Part shown: positions 1 through 9,548 of the stretch, piece by piece
Layout: the number at the start of each line of letters is the position of its first letter
Numbering within the stretch: the first letter of the stretch is position 1
From: a bacterium
GTDB taxonomy: Bacteria > Eisenbacteria > RBG-16-71-46
Length of the DNA: 28,945 nucleotides
Reading direction: 5' to 3'
Assembly (NCBI GenBank): GCA_043779265.1
Contig: JAYWEM010000027.1
Span: forward strand, 1 to 28,945
Notes under the pieces: generated by a model
Seen by the model: only the letters and a program-made list of their open reading frames with translations
The model's database searches: none
Told to the model about the DNA's origin: nothing
Made by a program: the position numbers and the translations under genes

Positions 1-2
1 CC

Positions 3-1553
3 GAGCGTGCCCGCGTAGAGTGCGAAGCCCTGTTCGGTCCCCGGAGTCTCAGCCGCGGCTTGGACGAGGAAGAGATAGTGCTTGCCGCCAGGGAGGAACT
101 CCGGGTGGCGGTGGGATATGTCGGTTCGCGACGAGTCCAGATCCGTTTCCGCGACCGGCGTCCCTCCGGTCACGGGAACGCGGTGGAGTGACTCGGTGGT
201 GTTCGGGCAGAAGAGGATCGTCCCGTCGGCGCCCCACGCGCCTCCGCGCCCTTGCGCCACGTCACAGATCGTCTGCGCCGGCCCACCGGTCGCGTCGATC
301 CGCTTGAGCTTGCCCGACGCGAAGAAGCCGACCTGTCGGCTATCCGGAGACCAGAAGGGGTGCGAGGCATCCTCCCCGCCCGGCAGCGCCTGTGCGGAAC
401 CGGTGGCGAGGGTCCGTATCCAGAGGGCGGACTTGCCGTCCTCACCGACGGCCACGTAGGCGAGGCGCAGGCCGTCGGGCGAGACGGCCGGCGCGCTGAC
501 GCCGCTGTTGAAGCGCATGTCCTTCGGTGGGAGGACGGACATGTTCAAGACCGCCGTCGGCTCTCGCAGCTTCGCCGCGAGCGCGAGCGTGGCGGCTACC
601 GCCACCGCGGCCGTCACGACGTGCAGGCCCCACGCGGCACGCATGCGGAAGCGCCGCTTCGCTGCCAGCGGAGCCGCTTCGCCGGCGCGCGAACCGGCCT
701 CGGAGATCCAGCGGAGCTGGTTCCCGACATCCGCCGCGCTCTGCCAGCGGTCGTCCGGCTCCTTCTCGAGGCAGCGGCGCACGATCTGTTCGAGCGCCGG
801 GGGCGTCAGCGGCGCCAGCTCGCCCATCGGGCGCGGCGTTCCCGACACGATCGCCGCGATCAGCGAGGTCCGCGTCGCACCATCGAACGCGCGCTTGCCC
901 GTCGTCATTTCGTAGAGCAGCGCCCCGAAGGCGAAGATGTCGGTGCGCGCATCCGCCTCGATCCCCTCGAGCTGCTCGGGTGCCATGTACTGGAAGGTCC
1001 CGAGGATCGTCCCTTCCTGCGTCAGCGGCGCCGCTTGCGTCGCCATGGCCGTCAGCCCCTGCATCGGCGACGCCTCGGGTCCGGAACGGGCAAGACCGAA
1101 GTCCAGCAGCTTGGCCCCCGCCTTCGAGATCATCACGTTGCCGGGCTTGAGGTCCCGGTGGACGATCCCCTGCCGATGGGCGCGGCCCAGTGCGTCGGCG
1201 ATCTGCGCGCCGTAGCGCACGACCTGCTCCAGCGGAAGCGGGCCCTTCAAGAGGCGCTCGGCCAGCGACTCGCCCTCGATCAGCTCCATCACGATGTAGT
1301 GCGTATCGTCGTCATGGCCGACATCGAACAGCGAGCAGATGTTCGGGTGATTCAGCGACGACACGGTCCGGGCCTCGCGCTCGAAGCGGGCGCGGAGCTC
1401 TTCGCTGGCGACGATGCCGGGCGGCAGGACCTTGATGGCCACATCGCGGCCGAGGCGGGTATCGCGGGAGCGGTACACCTCCCCCATGCCGCCGGCGCCG
1501 AGCGGCGAGACGATCTCGTAGGGGCCGAGCTTCCTTCCAGGGGGCAATGGCAT
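3..1553 (-). CDS. Ser/Thr protein kinase 1 (kinase–TM–TolB/PD40-like propeller), 3'-truncated by window edge
   Basis: Absent from the ORF track because it has no stop in the window. Hand translation from ATG at 1553: MPLPPGRKLGPYEIVSPLGAGGMGEVY..VAIKVL..HRDLKPGNV..DFGLA..GTFQYMAPEQ; TM segment AAWGLHVVTAAVAVAATLALAA; then SPDG and PFWSPDSRQVGFF propeller repeats. Confidence 0.93.
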   Translation of the reverse strand, partial: MPLPPGRKLGPYEIVSPLGAGGMGEVYRSRDTRLGRDVAIKVLPPGIVASEELRARFEREARTVSSLNHPNICSLFDVGHDDDTHYIVMELIEGESLAERLLKGPLPLEQVVRYGAQIADALGRAHRQGIVHRDLKPGNVMISKAGAKLLDFGLARSGPEASPMQGLTAMATQAAPLTQEGTILGTFQYMAPEQLEGIEADARTDIFAFGALLYEMTTGKRAFDGATRTSLIAAIVSGTPRPMGELAPLTPPALEQIVRRCLEKEPDDRWQSAADVGNQLRWISEAGSRAGEAAPLAAKRRFRMRAAWGLHVVTAAVAVAATLALAAKLREPTAVLNMSVLPPKDMRFNSGVSAPAVSPDGLRLAYVAVGEDGKSALWIRTLATGSAQALPGGEDASHPFWSPDSRQVGFFASGKLKRIDATGGPAQTICDVAQGRGGAWGADGTILFCPNTTESLHRVPVTGGTPVAETDLDSSRTDISHRHPEFLPGGKHYLFLVQAAAETPGTEQGFALYAGTL

Positions 1554-1565
1554 CGCGGGAGACTA
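1554..1565 (-). promoter_or_regulatory. Putative -10 box TAGTCT, 6 nt before kinase 1 ATG (leaderless-type)
   Basis: Minus strand reads TAGTCT-CCCGCG-ATG, 11/12 identical to the site before kinase 2; no SD sequence. The TAG is also the stop codon of the upstream gene. Confidence 0.5.
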
Positions 1566-2321
1566 TTCGATGAGCGTGACCTTCGTCGACTTCAAAGAGT
1601 GCCCCTGCTCGAGAGAGACGAAATAGACGCCCGGACTGACGGCGATGCCTCGCTCGTCCCGTCCTCCCCAGCGCACGAAGTGCGATCCCGGGGATCGCTC
1701 CTCGTCGATCAATGTGACGATGCGCTTGCCGCTCGCATCGTAGACTCTCAGTCGCACTCGCCCACGTTCGGTCAGGGTGTAGCGGATCGTGGCCTGCGGC
1801 TTGAACGGGTTCGGATATGCCGCGACGTCGATGACATGTGTCTGAGGCGGAGCTTCCACCCCGTCGACCGCTACGGTGTACTTCGCTAGAAAGATGTCCC
1901 GGGAGATCTCGAACGGGTTGTCCAAGGGGCCGCCACCGAAGTCCACTGGGCCATCGAACTCGCCCGCGAGGAGTGCGTCCCCGGATCCGCTCAAGCCGAT
2001 CGCCCATCCGTAGTCGTAACCGCTGTTCCCGAAGCGTTGGCTCCACAGGTGAAGCCCGCTCGAGGAGTAGCGCGCGATGAAGATGTCGGTTTTCCCGTCG
2101 ATGCTGGTCAGGTCATCGCCGCCGAAGTTCGACGTGTCGAGGAAGTACCCCGTGATCGCCACGTTCCCGGCCGCGTCCACGGCCACTCCCCGCGACAGGT
2201 CGTCGCTGGTACCGCCGAATCATTGGCTCCACGCATGGACCTGGGCATGGGCCGGAGATTCGACTTCGGCTGTCAGTGTGGCACGTGACATCCAGAGCAC
2301 AAGTCCGATGTGGTGTCTCAA
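1563..2321 (-). pseudogene. Secreted SBBP/beta-propeller-repeat protein with C-terminal FlgD-Ig domain; in-frame TGA at 2220-2222
   Basis: TTG start at 2321 after a GGGAGG SD; reads ...AHAQVHAWSQ*FGGTSDD..., whereas the second repeat reads WSQRFG. Only two repeats are present. The C-terminus YPNPFKP..LRVYDASGKRIVTL..WGGRDERG..VSPGVYF is FlgD-Ig-like. Residual ORF 1563..2186. Confidence 0.72.
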
Positions 2322-2431
2322 GTTGCCCCCCTCCCGGAGTTCCGCCGTGCTCGATCGATCCGGTCGGGACCGACTCTGCGCCCTGCTCTAATGAGGAGTG
2401 GTGCATCCCCGACCGGAAAGCGAGGCTCCCC

Positions 2432-3362
2432 ATGCGTAGCCCACGTTCCGTCCTGTCGTTCCTCCCGATCGCCTTCCTGCTGGTCCTTCTCGTCGCTTCG
2501 TCAGCGCAGGTCGGGGAGGTCTGGGAGACGGCCCACTCCGAGCGCTATCACGTCTACGACTTCGTCGATCTCGATGGCGACAGCTCGCTCGAGCTGCTGA
2601 CCGGCGAGTATGTGAACTGATCACAGGAGTACATCGGCGTGCGGTCGGCTGCGACCGGTGCATTGCTGGCGCAGTCCTCCACGACCTACGAGCCGACGGA
2701 TCTCTTCGTGGCCGATCTCGATGGCAACGGCACTCGGAAGATCCAGTTCACTTCCGTGGCAGACGGCCGTCTCGTGTGCCTGACGTAGGACGCGTCGGCG
2801 GGGCAGGTGTCCGTGTACTGGTCGATCCGGCCGATCACCCCGACGCCATTCCGTCTCCACTTCGCGGATCTCGCCGGTGACGGGCGTCGGTACATCCTCG
2901 TCGAGTTCCCTTCCACGCCGGGATCGTTCTAGGCCTACGACCCCCCGGGGCGGACTGTTCGGCACCTACGTGCCGAACGTGGTGCGGTCCGCGGTATTCG
3001 AGGGCCTGCTCGTCGGCGACTTCGACAGCGATCCGAATGAGGAGGTCATGGTGCTGCATCGCGACGGGCCCCATCAGCTGCTGGCGCTGGTGGAATCGGC
3101 CGCACCCCGCGATGACACAGACGCGGATCCCCTACTCCATCGCGACTCGTGGGCGCGCGACGCTGCGGCTGCTCGACGTCCACGGCCGTGAGGTGCGCAC
3201 GCTCGTTGACAGCGAGCTCGCAGCCGGTTCGCACGAGGCGATCTGGGATGGCCGAGACGGCAACGGTCGCGCCGTCCCGGCCGGCGCCTACTTTTCTATG
3301 AGCTCTCCGCCGCCGGCCAGCGTCAGAGCCGACGGATGATCCGCCTGCAGGCGACTCGGTAG
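2432..3362 (+). pseudogene. Secreted FG-GAP/VCBS-like repeat protein with C-terminal FlgD-Ig domain, multiply disrupted
   Basis: Signal peptide MRSPRSVLSFLPIAFLLVLLVASSA; motifs DLDGD, ADLDGNG, ADLAGDG, GDFDSD. In-frame stops TGA 2618, TAG 2786 and TAG 2930; frameshifts near 2941, ~3110 and ~3292. The tail TRIPYSI..DVHGREVRTLVD..WDGRDGNGRAVPAGAYF is FlgD-Ig-like. Confidence 0.78.
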
Positions 3363-3524
3363 AGCGTACGTTCCGCAGGCATCGCCGAGGCGGCCGTGAA
3401 CACGCTTCGATGCGACGGCCTCGACGTCGCGCCCCCACTCGGGACCATTCTATGTAACCCTCGTGCGACCCATGATCAAGAACACGTCCACGCGTCGACA
3501 CGAAGGCAACGAGCGGGTGCTTGC

Positions 3525-5060
3525 ATGACACATGAGGTCATGCTTGGCGCATCCGCGTTGCGGGGCGATCGGTCAGGCTGCCGCACCGTGCTCCTGACCG
3601 GCGCCACCGGATACGTCGGCGGCCGGCTGCTGGCCGCACTCGAGGAGCGTGGCGAGACGATCCGTTGCCTCGCGAGGCGACCGGAGGTGCACGCGCCGCG
3701 AGTGAGAGCCTCCACCTCGGTCGTGGCGGGTGACGTCTCCGATGCGAGCACGCTGCGCCCGGCGTTGGCCGGCGTGCACACCGCGTTCTACCTGGTGCAC
3801 TCGATGGACGCGCATGAGGAATTCGCGCGCCGCGACCGGGAGGCTGCGACGTGTTTCGGTGCCGCGGCGAGAGAGGCGGGAGTCCGGCGGATCATCTACT
3901 TGGGCGGGCTCGGAAGGGGGCCGGGTCTCTCCAAGCACTTGGCCAGCCGCCAGGAGACCGGACGCGTGCTTGCGGAGTCCGGCGTGCCGACGATCGAGCT
4001 GCGCGCCTCGGTCATCATCGGCTCGGGCAGTCTCTCGTTCGAGATGGTCCGCGCGCTGGTCGAACGCCTCCCGGTGATGATCACTCCGAGCTGGGTGAAT
4101 ACGCTGGCACAGCCGATCGCGATCGAGGACGTCATCGCCTACCTGGTGGCCGCGCTCGATGCCGCGGACGATGTGTCCGGCGTGTTCGAGATCGGCGGCG
4201 CCGAGGCTGTCTCGTACCGCGCGATCATGCAGGAGTACGCGCAGCAGCGCGGCCTTCGCCGCTGGTTCATCCCGGTCCCGGTCCTCTCGCCCGGGCTCTC
4301 GGGTCGTTGGCTGCGACTCATCACCCCGCTGCACGCATCCGTGGGGCGCGCGCTAATCGATGGCGTGCGCAACGAGACGGTCGTGGCGGATGATCGTGCG
4401 CGCCGCCAGTTCGGCGTTGCTCCGATCACGCTCGCCGAAGCCATCGCGCGGGCGCTGCGCAAAGAGGACCGGGCCTTCGCCGAAACGCGCTGGTGCGATG
4501 CGCTCGGCGATCATCCCTCCGGCGTCGCGCGGCCCTATGGCTCGCGTCTGGTCGACTCGCGGGTGGTCGAAGTCACGTGCACGCCCGAACAGGCATTCGG
4601 GCCCATCCGCAGAGTCGGCGGCGACACGGGTTGGTACTTCGGCAACAGCCTGTGGCGGATCAGGGGTGTGCTCGACCTCCTGGCCGGTGGACCTGGACTT
4701 CGACGCGGGCGTCGGGACCCGGAGGATCTGCGTCAGGGCGATGCGCTCGATTTCTGGCGTGTGGAGGCCTTCGAGCAACCGCGTCTGCTCCGCCTCTACG
4801 CCGAGATGCGGTTGCCGGGGCGCGCGTGGCTCCAGTTCGAGGTGGAACCCACTCCGACTGGTGCGCGCATCCGACAGACCGCGATCTTCGATCCGCTGGG
4901 GCTGGCCGGACTCCTCTACTGGTACGCGCTCTATCCGGTGCACCACATCATCTTCGCCGGCATGCTGCGCGGAATCGCGTCTGCGGCCATTCGCACCTCC
5001 GACGCCCTTGGGGCTCTCTCGGCCCCGTCGCGCACGAGACCAGAGGAGACCGACTCCTGA
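3525..5060 (+). CDS. SDR/NAD(P)-binding oxidoreductase with C-terminal DUF2867 (YbjT-like)
   Basis: Rossmann motif VLLTGATGYVGGRL; YLVHSM; ELRASVIIGSGSLSFEM; C-terminal GDALDFWRVE..LRLYAEMRLPGRAWLQF..GLAGLLYWYAL. Start placed at ATG 3525 (frame is open from 3396). Confidence 0.9.
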   Translation: MTHEVMLGASALRGDRSGCRTVLLTGATGYVGGRLLAALEERGETIRCLARRPEVHAPRVRASTSVVAGDVSDASTLRPALAGVHTAFYLVHSMDAHEEFARRDREAATCFGAAAREAGVRRIIYLGGLGRGPGLSKHLASRQETGRVLAESGVPTIELRASVIIGSGSLSFEMVRALVERLPVMITPSWVNTLAQPIAIEDVIAYLVAALDAADDVSGVFEIGGAEAVSYRAIMQEYAQQRGLRRWFIPVPVLSPGLSGRWLRLITPLHASVGRALIDGVRNETVVADDRARRQFGVAPITLAEAIARALRKEDRAFAETRWCDALGDHPSGVARPYGSRLVDSRVVEVTCTPEQAFGPIRRVGGDTGWYFGNSLWRIRGVLDLLAGGPGLRRGRRDPEDLRQGDALDFWRVEAFEQPRLLRLYAEMRLPGRAWLQFEVEPTPTGARIRQTAIFDPLGLAGLLYWYALYPVHHIIFAGMLRGIASAAIRTSDALGALSAPSRTRPEETDS

Positions 5061-5414
5061 TGCGATTCATTCTATCGGTTGCATTGTTGTGCCTGAACGC
5101 GGGATTCGTGCAGGCGGCACCCGATCGTGAGAAAGAGCACGCGCCGCTTCGCACGGTCGCTCAGGTCGATCTGACGCGCTACGTCGGGACCTGGTACGAG
5201 ATCGCGAGCTATCCGCAACGATTCCAGAAGGGCTGTACGGCGACGACCGCCGTGTACTCGCTGCGCGAGGACGGGAACACCCAGGTGGTCAATCGATGCA
5301 ACCGCGATTCGCTCGACGGGCGCGAGACCGTCGCTCGCGGGCGCGCGCGTGGTCGATCGGATGACCAACGCGAAGCTCAAGGTGACAGTCGTCTGGCCGT
5401 TCTGGGGCGACTAC
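5060..5414 (+). pseudogene. blc: Bacterial lipocalin (Blc-like), frameshifted at ~5348 and C-terminally truncated
   Basis: ATG overlaps the upstream TGA. Signal peptide, then lipocalin motif VDLTRYVGTWYEIASYPQRFQKGC; continues in another frame as VVDRMTNAKLKVTVVWPFWGDY, then switches to photolyase sequence. Confidence 0.82.
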
Positions 5415-6689
5415 GCGGCCACGCGCGTGCGCTTCGTGCTCGAGTCGCTGACGGAACTCGCCGCGGAGATCGAACAGTGCGGCTCCCACTTGGCGCTCGG
5501 TCACGGCAGCGCGGTGGAGACCGTGGTTCGCGCTGCCAAGATGGCGCGTGCGGACGCTGTGTACTGGAACGATGAGTACGAACCGCAACTGATGCGGCGC
5601 GATGACGCCGTGGAACGCGCGCTGCGGAGCGCTGGCGTCGCTGTGCGCCGATTCCACGATCGCCTGTTGGTCCCCCCGGGTGCGGTGACCACGAAGCAAG
5701 GCGGGCCATTCGTGGTCTACACGCCGTTTCGCCGTGCCTGCGAGGCGCTTCCGCTTTCGGGTCCACTCCCACGCGTGACACGGCTTGCGCCTCACGATCT
5801 GCCCAAGATCGCCCTCGCGAGCCCGGACACACTCGGCTTCTCGACCACACAGACGCCGTGGACCGGAGGCGCGAAAGCGGCGATGAAGCGGCTCAGGCGA
5901 TTCCTCTCACACGGACTGGTGCGATATGAGAACGGGCGGGACCGACCGGCGGACCAGGCCACGGCAAGACTGTCGGCCGACCTCAAGTTCGGCACGCTGT
6001 CGCCACGAACGGTCTCATCCGCCGTACTCGGCGCCGCCCGAGAGGACACCCGTGCTCTGCGGTCTGCGGACAAGTTCATCTCCGAACTGAGGTGGCGTGA
6101 CTTCTACGCGAAGGTGCTGTTCCACCATCCGCATGTCGAGAGTGGTGCGTTTCGCCGGAACTACGATCACATCCGCTGGGAGGGCGAACCTGAACACTTC
6201 CCTGCCTGGCAGGCGGGACAGACCGGGTATCCGCTGGTCGATGTCGGCATGGGCGAACTGTCCACGACCGGCTTCATGCACGATCGGGTGCGGATGGTGG
6301 TCGCCTCGTTCCTGACGAAGGATCTTCTGCTCGACTGGCGGCTCGGTGAGCGGCACTTCATGCAGCAGCTGGTGGACGGCGATCTGGCGAGCAACAACGG
6401 CGGTTGGCAGTGGGCCGCTTCGACCGGCACCGACGCCCAGCCCTTTTTCCGGATCTTCAATCCGACACTGCAGGGGAAACGCTTCGATCCCGACGGCGCC
6501 TACATCCACCGTTGGTTGCCGGAGCTGTCGAAGCTCCCCGCGCGGTGGGTCCACCGCCCATGGGAAGCGCCGGAGAAGGTGCTCCGTGACGCGGGTGTCG
6601 CCCTCGGCGTGACGTACCCGTCTCCCATCGTGGAACACCTGCTGCAGCGCGAACGCGCCGTGGCGATGTACCGGAACGCAAGCGCGTGA
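5415..6689 (+). pseudogene. phrB: Class I CPD DNA photolyase, N-terminally truncated and joined to the lipocalin remnant (ORF 5349..6689)
   Basis: Motifs VYTPF, ELRWRDFY, GQTGYPLVD, RMVVASFLTKDLLLDWRLGE, DGDLASNNGGWQWAASTGTDAQPFFRIFNP, DPDGAYI. Lacks the usual N-terminal WFRxDLRxxDN segment and its own start codon. Confidence 0.8.
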
Positions 6690-6754
6690 GCCAGGGGCTG
6701 CGAGCACACCAGCACGCGGCCCGAGCCTCACTCAGGACGTGGCGAACCCCAACT

Positions 6755-9388
6755 TCATCTCCCGAGCATCGCCGTCCAGTCGAGGATGAGCTTGATGTCC
6801 CGCGGGCGCCTGCTCGTGGCGACACTGACGAGCCTTCGGCTCCCATCTCGGACGTGGGCCCCGCTGTTGATGTCGTCCCGTTGCGTGTAGAGCTTGCGCG
6901 GTGGACCTGGCTCGAACTCTTCGCCCACCTTCACCGAGACCGCGATGCGATCCTTGTCCCGCCAGTATTCCAACTGCCCGCCATCGGCTGTCCACGATGG
7001 GAACGTTCCCCCGTCAAGCGAGACCCTGACCTTGCGCCCCGGCTCGGGGAACGACTGGACGTAGACCTCGTTCTGGCCGGTCTCATTCGAAAAGTAGGCC
7101 AGCCAGCGCCCGTCGGGCGAGATCCTGCCGCCCCGTTCGGCGGCGAGCCCCCTCAGGTAGGGCACCGGCTTGCGATCTCCGTTCATGGGAAGGATCCAGA
7201 TGTCGATGTTCGTCTCGGCGTTCACCGAGGTGAAGACGATGAAGCTGCCGTCGCGAGTCCATTCATTGATGTACTTGAATGCGTCGTCGGTCGTCGGCAC
7301 CGGTTCGGCCCGGCCGTCCATCCCCGCGATATGGATCTCGTCGCGGCCCTCGTACTTGGTGATGAAGGCGATCCGGTTCCCCTCCGGAGACCACACGCTG
7401 GTGGGGTCGAGCGAGGAAGTGGTCGCGAAGCGCATCGGCACGGAGCGCACCAGATCCACGATCCAGATATCGCTGCCATTCAAGACCGCGGCCCGCCTCC
7501 CGTCCGGGGATGTGCTCGACACCTTCCACGGCCCAGGCGGCAGGTCGAACCGCGCGGTGGTGGTGCCGGTGTGGTCCAGCATCTCCAGGCGCGTGTCGGC
7601 GGGCACGCTGCGCAGGATCGCCAGTCGGCCATTGCGTGAAGCCGATGCCACCGGCGCGGCGTCGAAATCCGAGGGCTCCGGCGCGTCGGAGATTGCGATC
7701 GCCTCTCCCACGAGTTCGAGTCGCCCGGTGTCGAAGCGCTGGGCCATCACGCGCCCGTCGCGCTCGAACAACAGATGCCCGGGCTCCGCATAGACCGCCG
7801 CCGAGCGGGCCGTCAGCAGGCGCTTCACGGTGTGCGAACGCAACGAGCCCACGTTCGTATCCCAGCCGGCCGAGCCCTCCGGCAACACCACGAACAGGAA
7901 GTGCTCGCCATCGGGCAGGAAGTAAGGGAAGCGGTGGCTGCTCTCATGCCGGCTGCTGTCGAGCGTGGTCACGGCGACCGGCTCTCCGCCGCTCGCGGCC
8001 ACCCGCATGAGCGCGCTGGTGAGCCCGGGTGCGAAAACGATCGTCTCGTCGCGCCCCCAACTGCCGCCTCGCCCGTTGGCCGCATCGCACACGATGGTCG
8101 GACTCCCGCCCGCGGCCGGGACCTTCATGAGCTTGCGGGACTTCATATCGAAGTACGCGATGATGCGGGAATCGGGTGACCAGAACGGCAGCACGGCGGG
8201 TTCGGTACCGGCAAGTCGGATCGCTGCATCCGACCCCAGCGGCCGGACCCAGATCGCGCCGTCTGCGCAGAACGCGATCGTGCGACCGTCGGGTGCCAGG
8301 ACGACCTCGGAGCCCCGCCCGGAGAGCGGGCTGTCTGCCGGGGCCTCGATGAGCGATTGGATCGCCTCGGGCGCCGCATCCCGTGAGCCCAGCGCCTGCC
8401 ATGCGAATCCCACCGCCGCGACCAGCCCCGCGGCCGCCAGCATCCAAGCGAGCCGTTCGCGGCTCCGGCGCCTGGCCGCGACCGGCGCCGGCACGCCCGC
8501 CTGCGAGCCGCCCTCGGCGAGCCACGTGAGCTGCATGCGGATGTCGTGCGCACTCTGCAGTCGTTCCGCCGCGTCCTTGGCCAGGCACGCCTGCACCAGT
8601 CGCTCGAGCCCGGGCGGCGCCAGAGGAGCCACCTGCGAGATGGGTGCAGGCTCGCTGCCCATGATCGACGTGATGAGCGACGCCTGGCTCTTGCCCTCGA
8701 ACGCGCGCCGCCCGGTCGCCATCTCGTACAGCACGCAGCCGAGCGCCCACAGGTCGCTGCGCGCGTCCGCTTCCTTCCCCTCCAACTGCTCGGGTGCCAT
8801 GTACTGGAACGTGCCGAGGATGGTGCCCTCGGTGGTCAGGGGTGCGGCCACCGTGGGCGACTGCGTCAGCGCGGCCATCGTCACGCCGCTCCCACCAGCG
8901 GGCCCGGCCATGCCGGTGGCGCGCGCGAGGCCGAAGTCCATCAGCTTGGCCACGTTCTTGGCGAGCATCACGTTGGCGGGTTTCAGATCGCGATGGACCA
9001 CACCGGCGCGATGCGCCCGATCGAGCGCATCGGCGATCTGCACGCCGAGCTTGAGCACCTCGGCCGCGGGCAGTGCGCCCTTCGCCAGACGGGCGGCCAG
9101 CGTCTCGCCCTCGATCAACTCCATCACCAGGAAGTCGGTGTCACCCTCGCGCCCAACATCGAACAGCGTGCAGATGTTCGGGTGGTTGAGCGAGGAGACG
9201 GTCTTCGCCTCGCGCTCGAAGCGCGCGCGCACCTCGGGGTTGGCGGACAAGTGCTGCGGCAGCACTTTGATCGCGACATCGCGTCCGAGGCGCGTGTCCT
9301 TGGCGCGGAACACCTCGCCCATGCCGCCCGCGCCGAGCGGGCCGATGATCTCATAGGGTCCGAGCCGGGTACCGGGGGTCATGGGCAT
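6755..9388 (-). CDS. Ser/Thr protein kinase 2 (kinase–TM–TolB/PD40-like propeller), 877 aa
   Basis: GAGGMGEV, VAIK, HRDLKPAN, DFG, APE; TM LAWMLAAAGLVAAVGFAW; WSPDS, SPDGR and WSPEG repeats. Confidence 0.95.
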   Translation of the reverse strand: MPMTPGTRLGPYEIIGPLGAGGMGEVFRAKDTRLGRDVAIKVLPQHLSANPEVRARFEREAKTVSSLNHPNICTLFDVGREGDTDFLVMELIEGETLAARLAKGALPAAEVLKLGVQIADALDRAHRAGVVHRDLKPANVMLAKNVAKLMDFGLARATGMAGPAGGSGVTMAALTQSPTVAAPLTTEGTILGTFQYMAPEQLEGKEADARSDLWALGCVLYEMATGRRAFEGKSQASLITSIMGSEPAPISQVAPLAPPGLERLVQACLAKDAAERLQSAHDIRMQLTWLAEGGSQAGVPAPVAARRRSRERLAWMLAAAGLVAAVGFAWQALGSRDAAPEAIQSLIEAPADSPLSGRGSEVVLAPDGRTIAFCADGAIWVRPLGSDAAIRLAGTEPAVLPFWSPDSRIIAYFDMKSRKLMKVPAAGGSPTIVCDAANGRGGSWGRDETIVFAPGLTSALMRVAASGGEPVAVTTLDSSRHESSHRFPYFLPDGEHFLFVVLPEGSAGWDTNVGSLRSHTVKRLLTARSAAVYAEPGHLLFERDGRVMAQRFDTGRLELVGEAIAISDAPEPSDFDAAPVASASRNGRLAILRSVPADTRLEMLDHTGTTTARFDLPPGPWKVSSTSPDGRRAAVLNGSDIWIVDLVRSVPMRFATTSSLDPTSVWSPEGNRIAFITKYEGRDEIHIAGMDGRAEPVPTTDDAFKYINEWTRDGSFIVFTSVNAETNIDIWILPMNGDRKPVPYLRGLAAERGGRISPDGRWLAYFSNETGQNEVYVQSFPEPGRKVRVSLDGGTFPSWTADGGQLEYWRDKDRIAVSVKVGEEFEPGPPRKLYTQRDDINSGAHVRDGSRRLVSVATSRRPRDIKLILDWTAMLGR

Positions 9389-9400
9389 CGCGGGAAACTA
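9389..9400 (-). promoter_or_regulatory. Putative -10 box TAGTTT, 6 nt before kinase 2 ATG (leaderless-type)
   Basis: Minus strand reads TAGTTT-CCCGCG-ATG in a divergent intergenic region; no SD sequence. Confidence 0.55.
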
Positions 9401-9487
9401 CACCAGAGACGAATCAAGTCACCAGAGGGCGTTCTGCTTGTGGCGCGAACGCGCACGATGACGGAACGATCGCCGCATCGAATGGCT

Positions 9488-9493
9488 TATGAT
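9488..9493 (+). promoter_or_regulatory. Putative -10 box (TATGAT) for the OPT–APC operon
   Basis: Near-consensus TATGAT in GC-rich DNA about 55 nt upstream of ATG 9549. Confidence 0.4.
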
Positions 9494-9548
9494 CGCGCGG
9501 CATACGTTCGCGTTCTTCCGACCGGCAATCATACCCAGGGACCCGCTC

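Noticed and set aside
2220..2932. Stop-codon reassignment or Sec/Pyl readthrough to explain in-frame TGA/TAG
   Set aside because: Both TGA and TAG terminate intact genes in this window, and the affected region also has frameshifts and deletions, so decay is the simpler explanation.
3440..3510. TGTAAC and TGATC words as an ECF/RpoE-ChrR promoter for the SDR-blc-phrB cluster
   Set aside because: No matching -10 element at the expected spacing.
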